Shown here in pieces: positions 23,598-36,577 of a stretch of DNA of 64,000 nucleotides. This DNA comes from Patellaria atrata CBS 101060 (Eukaryota). The notes under the pieces were generated by a model. The model had not been told where the DNA came from and ran no database searches. It worked only from the letters and a program-made list of their open reading frames with translations. The translations under genes and the position numbers were made by a program. Within the stretch, counting starts at the first letter, position 1. The number at the start of each line of letters is the position of its first letter. Where the stretch lies: positions 332,004 to 396,003 of the forward strand of contig MU006096.1 in the NCBI GenBank assembly GCA_010093705.1, written 5' to 3'.

Positions 23598-26500
23598 TCA
23601 TTGTGGGGACATAGCTGGAGGACCCTGTGAGAGTGATGTGGGAGGTGGAGCCATTTGAGATGGAGCTGAAGTCGTCTCAAACGCGGAGTCGTTGAAGCCA
23701 TCACTTGACTTAATCTGTCCGTTTAACAAAGGACAAAGCCTGGGAAATCATCAATGTTAGCATATTATTGAAATAGGCTGGTAGTTCCTGCATACTTTTT
23801 GTTGGTCTTGATATGGCCTGCTCGACCGCAAGCCGCGCATTTACGCTGTGTACCCCCAGCCCCCTTTGATGGACCTGCCCCGGGAGAGCCAGCATCTCCG
23901 GGAGAGGCGGCTAAGCCCATCGTAGCCTTAGCTTTCTCACGAACCATACGACGATCTTTATTGCGAGAGAGACGTTGGAGCTCGCCCTCGAGATGTTTCT
24001 TGAGCTTTTCGTCGACAGCGGCGTTACCCGTCGGTTGCATTTTATCAATACTATAAATCGTTAGTAGCTAATCACGTGAAACGTTAAAGGGAAACTAACT
24101 CGATGTTCTGGATCTCAATAGCTCGACGCCGCTTGATATACTCCCGAATAACGTTCTGATCTTGAACCACCTCTTCAACAACTTCTTCCTTGCCATACTT
24201 GTTGATTATTGTCCGTGTGATTTTGAGGACTTTGCCTTTCGATTGACTAGAGGTACTGTACCTGCTCATTTGGCTGGCATCATCATCGCGACGGTGGTGT
24301 GCAAAAGGATTGCCTAATTCAGACCTAGGGGTTTGTCCCAATGGAGGTTGAGGAGCAGCCTCCTGTTCGTCAACATCTGGTTCAACATCTTCGTGCTCTA
24401 CAGTAGATACAAGACTTTGTTTCTGGGCATCCCAAATCTTATCTATCGCTTCTTCGTAGGCCTTTTGCTGCTTAGCAACATTATAGCTGTGACCACCAAG
24501 TTCCTTCAAACGTTTCGCATCCAACTTATCTTCTACACTTTCCCCGATCGCCTTGAAGCCGCCCTTCATTGAGGTTTTGATGAAACTGAACGCCTCACCG
24601 CGTCCAGACGGATCTCCTTCGCCGTGAAGTTGTAGCATAGCCTTACTTTGACAAGCGTTTAGAAAGTTCTTCGTGGTATTCCATGGTGCGAGTTGCTGAT
24701 CAAGGCTCTCGCCCTCTTTTTCTTCTTCATCTTCATCCCCCATTTCATCCGCCGCACGGTTATACCCAGCATCGGCTAGCTGGCGTTCGCCAACCTGCAT
24801 TGAGTCAAGCAAACAGATGTCCTCTGGTTTGATCCAAGTCCGCATAGTATCCTCGTCAGGAATCACGTCACCTCTCCGCGGTACCCAAGATGAAGTTTCT
24901 TTGTCGTAATTCATGAACTCTCGCATTTTGCCACGGTTGCTGGAAATATCACTGCCGAGAATGTGTGATTTAATCATCTCATTGCTTAGCAATGCTCCAC
25001 GCTTGTTGTCTCGTTGGTTCTTCCTATACATACGATAGGATAACATTTTCAATCGCTTCTTTTGAGCTTCCGTGGTCTTCCGTGAGTGTATCCCAGGCAC
25101 CTCCGTCGAAGGAAATTCCTGACCGACGACGTACATCTGATCGATATTCCGGAGGTACCACGAGGTCCCATGGACTCCAGTAACGCTCTTTCCCACCAAA
25201 AAGTCGGTACTCTTGACATTGTGACTGAATACAGGTGCCCTATACATGCCATTTTGTAGAGTTGGAACAGTCTCTCCAGATTCCACCTTGCCGAAGATTG
25301 AAAAGGGACTTTTATCCTGAGGGAGAAGAACCTGTCCCTCTCCAAAGTCCGGTTTAGGTCGGTAATTGTCGTTAGGATCTTTTCGACGGTAGTAGTGGAT
25401 TAATCGATTGCCCATGCCGAAGTTCGATAACATTGTTGGATATTCTTCCGAGTATTCGAATAGCACGGCCGATGAATTATCGGCTAATGTGAGATCCTTT
25501 GCCTTTGCGAACAGATCCTGCGTTGATTTGCCTTTCCTTTCTTTTTTCTTCATTTGACCAAGTTTATTGAAGGTAATCCTTTCGTTCTGGCCGAAGTTGA
25601 AAGCGGGACGGTGGAAGGACCGTGCTTCTCGAGGGTTGAGCTGCACCTTATAGAATGGGTACTGAAGTTTGATAGCTGGAAGACTGTGTTCAACGGAAAG
25701 GCTGCCTAGCGTGCTCCGAACTTTGTGTTGGTGATTTTCCTTAAGAGCATCATAGGCGTCATCATTAGAGATGTTAAACCTCTTCAAAAGGCTTTTACTT
25801 ATTCCCTTAGTAGCATCTTTTTTGAAGTCTCCTACTGCTTTCTTGGACTGGCTTTGAACGGTATTCGGTTGTTGCTCATCAAGAAGTAGGTACGGATCGT
25901 TGAGGTCGAGTCTAACCTTGCGCGCAAGCTGAGCCGTAGTCTCTTCAGGATCATCGAACGATGGCCATTCGTCGGGATATATCGATATAGGGAAGGGTGT
26001 TCCGATACCATCGAAAGCTTTGCGCTTCTTAAGAGGAGGAACATCGGTATTCCAGTATTCATTTCCAAGGCGGTCAGTATGAATATCATTAAGTTGAATG
26101 ATATCCTCATTCCCTTTCGTTTCAATAGCATCGATATCCCAGTCGGCGCAAATAATCTGAAGGTCTCGAAAGGTGAAACCATGCACCTTCTCCTCATCAT
26201 TGTCGATATCGATCTCCATTTCCTCCTCACTGCTTTTTGAGCCCGATTCATCCTCACTAATCACCACGATACCCGATTGTCCGTGCTGGCGTTTTCGTTT
26301 GTTCAAAGCTACAGGGGCAGAGAGTTTTGTGAAAAGCTTATCCTGCTCTTGCTGTAACTCTAGATCTATCTTTGTCGGTTGTATAGGTCTTGGTGGCTTG
26401 AATGGGGTCCTGGGAATGTAGAAGGCGCGTTTACCTGGGAGAAGTCGATGGAGATTGACCCTCTTATCCTTTTCGAACTGGGGCCACAATGCCGCAAAGA

Positions 26501-27179
26501 CTTCTGCGTCCGTCTCTGGTGCTTGAGGAAGTTCCACAACCTCGCCACGATCCCTGCGTTCCATATTTGACCTAGCCGTTTGGAACAACCGTGTCTGTTC
26601 ATCCCAATCCTCGAGATCCTTTGATGTCCAACCTTTCTCAACATCACGAACTGGCACGGAGTTTGTTACCTCTGGAGTAGGAGACGCAGTGCGAACGCTA
26701 GGCAATGTAATTTTTTCGACAGGTGATGGTTTCTCGCCCGGGAGGCTAAGCCGTGTGATCGGTGGAAGCTGAAGGTTTCCGGAACTTGGTTGAAGGACGT
26801 TCGGGGCTTCCTGCTCCTCGAAAGCAGGTGGGGGTGCGTCATCCTCATCATCGCCGAATAAGTCGTCAAGCCGGTCGTCTTCTACTGCGTCGTCCTGTAA
26901 GTCTGAGAATGTTCCCCCACTAGCCTTGTTCCCATTCGCGCCGTCATCATCGCTCATATCCACATCTTCCTCTTCTGGTAGATCATCATCGCTGATGTCC
27001 ATATAGTCTATAGCGCCTGCGTCCTTTTCTCCTATCTCCAGATCCCGACCAAAGACAGCGGTGCCGCCATCTTCGCCCGTGATGTCCGCATTCAAAAGGT
27101 TCTGGATGAGCGTGTCGTCGTCTTGTTCCGGTTCATCTTGAGGTCTTGGGGAATCCATATTCTCCACTGCATGAGGCAT
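23598..27179 (-). CDS. TAF1: TFIID subunit 1 (TAF1)
   Basis: 1031-aa ORF with the DUF3591 core (FNISNDDAYD, EYSEEYPTMLSNFGMG, LAPWNTTKNF, GEGDPSGRGEAFSFIK). A C-terminal zinc knuckle RKCAACGRAGHIKTNKKLCP spans the terminal exons. Confidence 0.96.
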
Positions 27180-27692
27180 GGTTGAAGCTGATATTCGAAG
27201 ATAATTTGAGTAAAGTCTGAAGATATACGAGGGTGTTGGCTACGCCGCGCCGCTTTCCTTTGTCGGTGACGGTTGAAGGCAACCACAGAAAAGAAGCAGC
27301 GCAAGTGCAGCCACTCGCGAGGTACTTAGATAGAGGTTCTGTCTAGTCCTACGAGTTTACGTGAGAATATGTAACCTTCCCTTGGTTGGACCTGTCGAAG
27401 GCTGGTTGTCGAAGACTCCAAGCTTTCTCTCGAATGTGTGAGATGTAAGAACGATGGAGGTTGACGCGGGTAAGGCGAATATCAAGTCTTGGCATTACTG
27501 GAGTTTCTTGGCACATTGTCTACATCCCTTGATCTGAGCATTCAAGACAATAGGGAAACAAACATAACCACACGTTGATCTTCTATTTTATATCACTATC
27601 AACTTTTTTGATTCCCGTCTAATGTCAATAGGATGCTCTATACGTCAGAACCCGTTGGTTAAGGCTTAATTCATCTAACCTAGAAATACCTA

Positions 27693-28687
27693 CTACGTTA
27701 AGGAACCTGTTGTAGGTAGTGGCTGGTGCAGTGGAAAGCCGTCTTCACACCTTTCCGTCGAGGACTCGGGTCGAAGATTGCCGTAAAAGACGCACAATGC
27801 CTGCGAGGAATTAATTGTGTCTATAGACGGTGCAGGATACTATGGCTTACCTTACTAGCCCCTTTCATACAATAATGCCTTACATGTACCTGTTCTCCAG
27901 TCGGTACGTACTTAGAGATTTGGTTTAGATTCGAGGTCCGCGGAAGATACATGACGATCTCTTTGGTGATCCTAGAGAATGGCATGTACAAATCATCGAG
28001 TCCATACGGTTCCATGCTGTTTAGGTCAAAGACCTGGTCCGCCTTGTAATCCGGCCCTAGAAACGTATGAGTCGCTTTGCATCAAGGGAAGAGCACAATG
28101 AAACTTACCTCCCCATGGCGGACTGGCAAAAATAACTGCATCCTTTCCCTGTGCTTTGAAACGTGCTTTGATAACTTCAAAGCAGTCACCTTCAATCCAG
28201 AAGATCTTTTTAGCAACACCATACACCTCAGCGTTACGTTTAGCGCATTTCAGCACATCGGGATCCTTTTCGATTCCAAACACACGTTCCCATCGACCTG
28301 ATAAAGCGAAAGCAATCGTATTGCCGCCTGCTCCCGCAAATGCGTCGATGATAATGGTCTTGTTAGATGGTGCTAGTGATACAACGTCTTGCGCAACCTG
28401 ACTGTTCATGATTAGGCTTTTACTGTGTGAAAGTGTTCATAGTGCTTACTTTGCTACAAATTCTGGAGTTATGCCAAACCATGCATTATCCGTCAACAAG
28501 ATGCCCTCGTCATACTTCGAGAATATCTGATGTCTCTGCTCCCAATACCTAAGAGAAATTTATTATATGGCTTGTATTTTGAGATATTAGGAATTAAATA
28601 CTTTTGTATATTCGGAGGGACTTGGCTTCGATGACTATAGTGAAATTGTCTTTTGCTGGTAAGCTCTTCTTCTGCTAAAGGTTGCAT
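27693..28687 (-). CDS. TGS1: Trimethylguanosine synthase (RNA cap hypermethylase), multi-exon
   Basis: Motifs YWEQRHQIFSKYDEG..AWFGITPE, IIDAFAGAGGNTIAFA, FASPPWGG, YLPRTSNLNQ and HYCMKGASKALCVFYG. Confidence 0.93.
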
Positions 28688-28911
28688 ATCAACCTATCCC
28701 CGAAAAAATTGAAACACAAGAGATTGGCTATTTGGCTTGAGAGTGTTCGCGACCAAATAAGGTATCCGTACCCTAGAACTGACGTGAGCCTTGCAGTAAG
28801 GCGGATTATCTCGCTAAAAGCCCCGAATTAAGTAAAGCTTGGGTGCCGACAAGTTAACATCACCCATATTGTTTCACAGTTCACATCAACACAGCAGACT
28901 AGACTCACATT

Positions 28912-30103
28912 ATGTTTGGAGCTCTAAATAGATTCATATCAAGGCTTGACTCGGACGCACCCGAGCAGAAGTCAGCTACCCAGGGTGCTTACGGCTTCCA
29001 AGTACTGAAAAATACCAATCAAGATCTTGCGATAGAACCATGGTTTGACTTCATAATCGGCATCAATGGACATTCTATAGTATGAATCCTCTCAGAGGCT
29101 ATGACTGTATGATTGTTGTCTAATATGCTTCAGGACAGCCCTGATCCTTCGCTGTTCGCGACGGAGGTGAGGAATAGCGCCGGCTCAACCATAAATTTAG
29201 GGCTATGGAGTGCAAAGGTGCGTCTTCTCAAATTCTGAATTAATATACGATTCGTAACAGATGAATAGGGCCAACGTATTCATGAACTCTACGTGACAGT
29301 CCCTTCAGACCCACCTTCTTTGGGCTTATCATTGCAGTGGGCGCCTCTGGGAAGCACTGAAGATGTGTGGCATATCTTAGATGTGATTCCGAATTCTCCT
29401 GCAGATGTCGCAGGGTTATTACCGTATGGTGACTACGTTATTGGTAGCCCGGAAGGTCTCATGAAAGGGGAGTCTGGGCTTGGAGAGTTGGTTGAGGATG
29501 TAAGTATTCCTCCTATGCAATCCGGATATATTCTATGTGCTCCTTCAAAAGAAACCTCCAACTAACAGTCCCAAGTTCCTTAACCGTCCGCTACGACTTT
29601 TCGTCTACAACCATGAGTACAATGTGGCCCGCATCGTAACCATCATCCCTTCCCGCAATTGGGGCGGTACTGGTGCGCTCGGATGTGTCCTCGGCTTTGG
29701 TGCTCTTCACCGTATTCCCGCACCGCTTGATGAACCTCCGCAAGCCCCAGGAGAGACCCTCTTTGATGCACCTGCGGACGAGAAATCTACTTTCACCAGT
29801 TCCAGCCAAGCAACAACAACTGCAGCAGGATTTTATGCACCTGCAGACTACTTGGTACCGGCTAATATAGAATTTACGCCAACGTCATCCTCCCCCCAGG
29901 CCAGCACGGGACCACCAAAAGTAAAGGCTGGGAAGAAGCAGAGGCATTTTCCGCAGGGAGCAGGCGCAGGGCTTGACGATTTGTTGAGAGAGGGCGAGGA
30001 GAAGAGCAGAGAGGAAGATTATGGTGGTAGGTCAGGAGCGGGGACGCCTTTGCCGCCACCGCCGACTGGAGGACCACCCAAAGCTACGAGTCCAATACCA
30101 TAG
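28912..30103 (+). CDS. GRH1: GRASP55/65 Golgi reassembly-stacking protein (4 exons)
   Basis: Motifs MFGALNRFISRLD, GFQVLKN, EPWFDFIIGING, WHILDVIPNSPADVAGLLPYGDYVIG and WGGTGALGCVLGFGALHRIP. Confidence 0.94.
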
Positions 30104-30175
30104 ATGAGTTATTCATGCAATGTCTAGTTGACTCCTCTTACACACTGAGTATCACACTTTCGTGTTATAAATCAG

Positions 30176-31118
30176 TTATAACTTCGAATTGAATTGTTCT
30201 ACGAGGTCATCTACTTCAGGCGCCTCCACTTCTTCCTTGCTACCCTCCTCAACCCACGCTAGGACTGCGGTTTCACTTTTCCTTCTCGCCCACGGGTGTA
30301 CAATGGTCAGAACACCCTTTCCATGGGTGACCGTCTTTACGGTAGGTTCATTCTTCTTCCGCCTGAACGCTGGTGTCCGCTTTAAGGAACATGTCTGTGA
30401 TAACGAAGCATCGTTCAAGACATTGTGGTCGGCCAACGTTGAGCGGGAGGTTAAGTGACTAAGAGGTTTCGCGACACTCTTCGGCGCAGATTCTTGTGGC
30501 GGACGCGTCTGTAGATTCCGTCCTGGATCTGTTAATGTGTAGACTACTAATAGTTAGCGATATGTCACTACTGAACTTAAACAGGTATGCCGAAAAAATC
30601 CAAAGGAACACCAGGCCTAAGATTAGGTGTGGGAGTACATGTTCGCAAGTTATACAAAACTGCCTCATGCTTGAAATCGCGTATATTAAGAAAAAGAACC
30701 ATGGGCGCGTGAAAACTGCGACGGGACCGGTTTGAAATGTACAGATACGTAGTGCAACAACTAACATATGCCGAGAAGGAAGTGCGCTGTTTACCACTTC
30801 TTCACGTAGACAAATTATCTGGTACGGCCGATCACTATCAAAGTCAAGTGGTGTCTAATCTAAAGCGCCGGCCAAATCCATACGTACATTTCTCGAGAAA
30901 GCAACTCGTTCCCAAACGGAGAATCAGGTACATAGCGAGAGTATCCCTCGTAAAAATAAAAATAAAAATAGCAGTAGCAGCAGTCTACGATTAAGAATGA
31001 TAAACTTACCTTTGCGAGGCTGTTGGTTTTGCATGTTGCGTAGGAGATTTTCAAATAGCCTTGTAGAGAAATTTGATGCAAATTGTGAAGAGAAAGAGGA
31101 AGAGAGTGAAAACATCAC
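30176..31118 (-). CDS. Putative orphan spliced gene; the last exon ends in -SKL (PTS1-like). 5' structure uncertain
   Basis: The frame is open from about 30542 to the stop at 30176 and ends EQFNSKL*. An acceptor (GCTAAC...TAG) lies near 30543-30560 and a strong GTAAGT donor at 31009. I could not assemble a unique exon chain. Confidence 0.35.
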
Positions 31119-32608
31119 TGTTTAATATCAAACCGGAGACCAGTTAAAAACACAACGAAAGCTAAACCTGCGGTACCTGATGGCTATTATGTTTACAATC
31201 ATCTCAAGGACGGCACCTCCCTCCTGTCATCCCTTCCCGGTACCGTACTTCCATGTATAGTCTATCCAAACCTCAGCTTGACATACTTCATGGCAACATG
31301 ATAATACTACTGCACACAGTGGAATGGAACGAGAACAAATCAACTTACGCACTGAGATCTCTCTTGAGGACAATACTATATGCACTGAAAACATTGTGTG
31401 CGGCTGGTACCTAAACCCCTGATGCTTTCGTGAAATACGGGTGAGGGATAGTAGTCCGGCAGTACATATACATGGGAAAGCACCCGGTGGGAATCTCCCG
31501 GGCTACTCTACTTTAGTGATGTACCATCGCGAGTCCTCACTTAAGACTTCTAGGTTCCGCCCTGTAGTATCATTCGATTGATGTACATCCATGGCCGATC
31601 AGGATGTATGCCCATGCAACGAAACTCAACCCTTATCAAGGCTCGAAAACGCGCATACTTCGGTCCTAGACCATCTGAAGTGGAAACGTATAGTAAAGCT
31701 ATCAGGGCTATGGGAAGGGATATTCACTAGCCTGCGATGAAGTCCAAAGGAGACGCAACAGTTAACTGGTTGATCACCCCGCGCGCTCTTTTTGAAGTTT
31801 GGGCTTGCAATATATGGAAGAGCTACGCTTCAGAAATATGACAGTTTCACTGGATATACCCTGGGTTTGGAAGATGAAGATGACTGACATAAATTTACGA
31901 CTAAGGATACGCGACACAAACGGAAAGTACAGTCATCGAAAATTGGAATTATATAAAATAACAGGTAATTACAGCGAATGGGTCACGCGTAGAGGTTGTC
32001 TCTATAGACGGTGAGGAGAAAACAGCTAATAAGTCTCAGACATGACCGAAGAGAGCCATCGAGGAAGACAATGAACATGGAAGCAGAATGATGAAGGCGC
32101 ATGTAAGTTCAACAGCACGTCTGTAGCCACTATAAGAAGATAAACACGAATGAGTTTAAAAACGAGACAGTGCACCTGACAATCAAGATGGAAAATTGAA
32201 TCTCAAATGATGGGACATCACCTCAGATGCGAAAGAGTATGGACTACGGGTAGGTATAGTATGCATTGAGCCCGGAAAAAGCGCTCGCAACTGGAGGGAC
32301 AAGAGGAAAGTGTGTGGGAGAAAGGTGTGCAGTCTCCAGATCAGCCCAATATGACGCCAAGATGGCTGGATCCAGTTTAGCGTTGATGTTCACCGGGGAC
32401 GTTGGCGAAAAGTTGATCTGGGTGGTCCCCCGAGCATCATAGCTCGCCAATATAAACAGTCCCGCCCCTCCTCCACGCGCGCCTGAGTACCCATCGCCCA
32501 TTCCATCTGTATTTTCAATCCCAACACCAGCCGTCGCATACCCAAGTATAACCCCTCGATTGAAAGTTCATATTCAGATCTATCCGATCGTACTTTTCAA
32601 TATTCAAG

Positions 32609-33656
32609 ATGCCTCCCAAGAAGTCCACTACCGCTGCCCCAAAGAAGGCGTCCGGATCTGCCTCGACTCACGGTTCATACATAGGTAAGTTGTCACAATT
32701 ACTACACCATATAAGCGTCGCGGCGCAATAACGATGCTTTTAACTTGGTCGCGAACTCTCACTAACATGTTCCTGTAGATATGATCAAGGAGGCTATCAT
32801 CAGTGTAAGTTTACACCTTTCCGCACGTAGGGTGGCCCATCGGCACCGCCCCATACTCCGTCGTTTTGTTGTCACATACCGGTCACGAAGCTCACACGCC
32901 CAACTCAATACTGTATATCATTGCTAACGCGTCTTTCTCAACGTCCAGCTCAAAGAACGTAATGGTAGCAGGTCAGTTACTCTTCTATTGAGCTCGTTGT
33001 CGCGTACTTCGCGACCACGTCACCTCAGCTCCATAACATATATACTAACATTTCACAGCCGTCAAGCCATCAAAAAGTATATCCAGGCCAACAACAACTT
33101 GAGCGGTACCACGGACGCCGTCTTTGCTTCTCACGTCAACCGCGCCATTGCTTCAGGTGTCAAGAACGGTGATTTCGCCCAACCTAAGGGACCTTCCGGC
33201 CCCGTCAAGCTTGCGAAGAAGGAAGCCAAACCCGTTGCACCCGCAAAGAAAGAGGCCAAACCCGCCGCTGAGAAGAAGGAGAAGGCGCCAGCAAAGGTGG
33301 GATGGCTCCTTATTACTACCCCCATTGCTGTCTCCATACTGACGTCCCATTAGAAGACGACCAAGGCCCCAGCAGCAAAGAAGGCTGCCGCTCCCAAGAA
33401 AGCTGCCGCACCAAAGAAGACCGCAACCAAGGCCGCGAAGCCCAAGGCTAATGCCGGTCGCCCTCGTGCCACCGCTACCAAGGTCGCCGATGCCGTCGAA
33501 GACAAGCCTGTTGTCCTAGGCAAGACCAAGTCCGGCCGCGTCACCAAGAACAAAGCACCCGTTGCCGCCGCAAAGCCAGCTGCGAAGAAGAGGGCTCCGG
33601 CCAAGAAGCCCGCTACGAAGAAGGCAACCCCTAAGAAGGCTGCCGCCGCGTCATAA
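32609..33656 (+). CDS. HHO1: Linker histone H1 (5 exons, including 26-nt and 23-nt micro-exons)
   Basis: MPPKK...[33 protein letters not shown]...FAQPKGPSGPVKL, then a Lys/Ala/Pro-rich tail. Exons 32609-32684, 32779-32804, 32949-32971, 33059-33296 and 33354-33656. Confidence 0.95.
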
Positions 33657-34190
33657 GTTGTTCATTCTCTTAGATTATGAGTTGTAGCAAATTATGACTT
33701 GGTTTCGCATCGTATCGTTATGAAAGGCGTCCGGCTTGGGGATGGGGCTGGATGGCAGGGTTTGTGGGTTCATGTGTGATATCCTTGGGCATTTTCTCTT
33801 TGTGATGATGGGATGGGCTCCGTCTTAACGCGTCGCTACTTACGCTACTTACCTGACGCTGGCGAGAGATGGATGGCGTTTTGGGCGTTATGAGCGCGAT
33901 GAGAGAAATCTCCGGCTGGGACTTTACTGTAAAGATGTGTGTAGGAGTGATACAAAACACGATCTTAAAACTTCAAGACTTCATATCGTGTGCTTTGTGC
34001 GAGTAATTTGCAAAAGTAATCCCTTATGTGAAGTTCAATTTGTTCAACATACAGGAGAATTTTCCCATACGGGGTTTTGTTTTGAACGCACAGACGTACC
34101 GTACGCGTCTCCCTTCCGTCACGAATCATACGCAGGCCTGCCCACTAACTTAACGACCTCCAATTCTAACACAAACCAAGATACCATACT

Positions 34191-35165
34191 CTACTCCGGC
34201 TTCTCCATGGTGATCTTACCATCCTTATCATAAAAGATCTCCTTGATCTTCACACACCTCAGATGATTCTTTCCACCCGAAAGAGTCGTATCGTGATGGA
34301 ACAAGTACCACTTGCCCTTGAACTCGACAATGCTATGGTGCGTCGTCCACCCCAGCACTGGCTCCAAGATCCTCCCACCATATGTGAATGGGCCCAATGG
34401 GCTATCCCCGATAGCGTATACGAGGTAGTGCGTATCTCCCGTCGAGTATGAGAAGTAGTACTTCCCATTGTACTTATGCATCCATGCAGCCTCAAAGAAG
34501 CGACGGTCATGGTCGTCGGCGGCAATGGCCTCTCCAGACTCATCAAGGATATGCAGTTCGGTAACCTCGGATGCTAACGACCGCATGTCATCGGTGAGTT
34601 TGGCGACGCGTGGGAAGAGTGCCTTGACGGGACCTGAAGGCTCTTGAGGACCGGCCCATTTGGCTTCGAACTTTCCCGGCTCCTGCCAGCACTGCAGCTG
34701 GCCGCCCCAGAGGCCGCCAAAGTACAGGTACGCTTGGCCGTCATCGTCGACAAAGGTCGCTGGGTCAATGCTATAACTGCCGCTGATGGGCTCCGGATCC
34801 GGAGTGAAGGGTCCCTCCGGCTTGTCACTAACGGCGACCCCTATGCGGAAGATGCCTTCCTTGTCGCGAGCAGGGAAGTAGAGGTAGTATTTCCCGTTCT
34901 TGGTGGCGGCGTCGGGTGCCCAGAGCTGCTTGGAGACCCAAGGGATGTCTTCCATCTTGAGGGCCACGCCGTGGTCGGTCACGGGACCACCTACTTCATC
35001 CATGGAGAAGACATGGTAGTCCACCATATCGTACTGATCACCATTGTCATTATCTTCGATGTCAGTTTCTCGGTCGTGTGAGGGGTAGACGTAGAGGCGG
35101 TCATTGAAGACGTGGGCCGAGGGGTCGGCAGTGTAGAGATGCTTGACAATTGGTTCTGAAGACAT
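34191..35165 (-). CDS. Glycoside hydrolase family 43 beta-xylosidase/arabinofuranosidase, intronless, no signal peptide
   Basis: Motifs YTADPSAHVF (base Asp), LWAPDA, SIDPA (pKa modulator Asp), RFFEAAW (acid Glu) and GWTTHHS. Confidence 0.93.
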   Translation of the reverse strand: MSSEPIVKHLYTADPSAHVFNDRLYVYPSHDRETDIEDNDNGDQYDMVDYHVFSMDEVGGPVTDHGVALKMEDIPWVSKQLWAPDAATKNGKYYLYFPARDKEGIFRIGVAVSDKPEGPFTPDPEPISGSYSIDPATFVDDDGQAYLYFGGLWGGQLQCWQEPGKFEAKWAGPQEPSGPVKALFPRVAKLTDDMRSLASEVTELHILDESGEAIAADDHDRRFFEAAWMHKYNGKYYFSYSTGDTHYLVYAIGDSPLGPFTYGGRILEPVLGWTTHHSIVEFKGKWYLFHHDTTLSGGKNHLRCVKIKEIFYDKDGKITMEKPE

Positions 35166-35321
35166 TTTGAAAAGAATTAATTGCGAAAAAAGTATAGGAG
35201 AGAGAAGATTGGAAAGAAGGAGTAGACGTAAGTTTCAGAACTGCTATAGAACCCCAAAAGTAAGGGTGAAATCTGAGAGAGCAAGGGGAGCTTTTTGTAT
35301 ACAGCATCATAGTCTGAGCTG

Positions 35322-35383
35322 CCCCGCATAAGGTACCTACATGTTTGGATAGCGGCCTTAGAGCTCCATCTTTCCATTTAGCC
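35322..35383 (-). promoter_or_regulatory. Candidate CreA site (GCGGGG, 35322-35327) and XlnR site (GGCTAAA, 35377-35383) upstream of the GH43 gene
   Basis: Exact matches to the SYGGRG and GGCTAAA consensus on the gene's strand, about 160-220 bp upstream of the ATG. The motifs are short, so chance occurrence is possible. Confidence 0.5.
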
Positions 35384-36577
35384 ATTTATCCTCATTAATC
35401 GCTAGTTAGAGATTCTAGAAAATGAGAGATAATCGATTGAGGCTCAAAGGAAAATACCATGGTTGGCGTCATATTCGAGATGTACGAGCCCTAAGGTATG
35501 ATTCTGTATGGTGTGTGCTGTACTTACAATACAGCGGCCGCACATGAAGCCAGCGAAACTCTATACACACGGAAGCCAACTTTCAGAGCGAATGTATGCA
35601 TTTTGACGTATTGCTTACTAGCGATCGATATCCGTAGAGAGGGCCGAGATTTTAGAGTAGCATGAGCCGCACTCTCCCAAGAGATGTACCATCCGGTTGC
35701 TTAACTTTTGGGCCGCTATATCCTCAGATGATGGTGTGGACAGTGGAGAAGTTGTATCTTAGGCTTGAGACTTCTAAGCGATGAGATGATGGTGTTGAAA
35801 GCGACCGTCCAGAGCAGAACCTTGATGAGTCTTGGTTAAATAATGAAATTACGCGTCGTGTACTTCACTTGTGAAAGTGTAGTACGGCGTCTCTGTGTAT
35901 CCTATCATCTGCTGTACTACTATTTCTTGCCGGAAGTCAGCCCCTGTGGCGATTACACCATGGACACGACCGTTCTGTCGTCTGAAGGGTAACTGTCAGA
36001 AAGACTCATATAATCCAGGCGTGCTCTGCCATATAATAAATGTCTCGACATCTTCAAGTATTATTAGTTTGTATTATTGTAGTGACAAAAGTAGAGTACC
36101 GGGAAGTTCCCAAGTTGGCGGGCGGGATTTGCGGGATGCGGGTGGGTTTTCAGCTGAATCTCGCTCTTTTAGGCCCAGTGGCTTATCCAGGCTTGGTAAG
36201 GTATTATACCGGATTCAGGGCTCAGTCAGCGAAGCGACACCAGCGACGCCAGAGCAACCGTACAGGAAATCTCCCCCTCGAAAACCAGAAAACCTCGACA
36301 GATTAATAGATCTCATCCTCACCTTTGTCTCCATATACCTGATCATTATCCTCGTCTCATCCTCTATCCGCCGGTATCGATCTGCTACCACCCTCAAGAG
36401 CCCGTCTAACCGGTTTCTCTCAACAACTGCAAAACCCCATCACATCACAACAAGTTACTGTTGCTCACCGTAGCGATCCACGTAAACAACTATCTACCTG
36501 CGATTCACGGATATCTAACAGCAGGGCCAGTGCCCGGGACATTGTCTGATGCTCGTCATATGCTCCACTCCCTCGAT

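Noticed and set aside
27821..27852. TGS1 intron-retention product ending -HRL as a cryptic PTS1
   Set aside because: Non-canonical tripeptide, and retention would remove the conserved ALCVFYG strand.
35895..36473. 192-aa ORF upstream of MSS4
   Set aside because: Non-ATG start and no recognisable motifs; it looks like promoter and 5' leader sequence.
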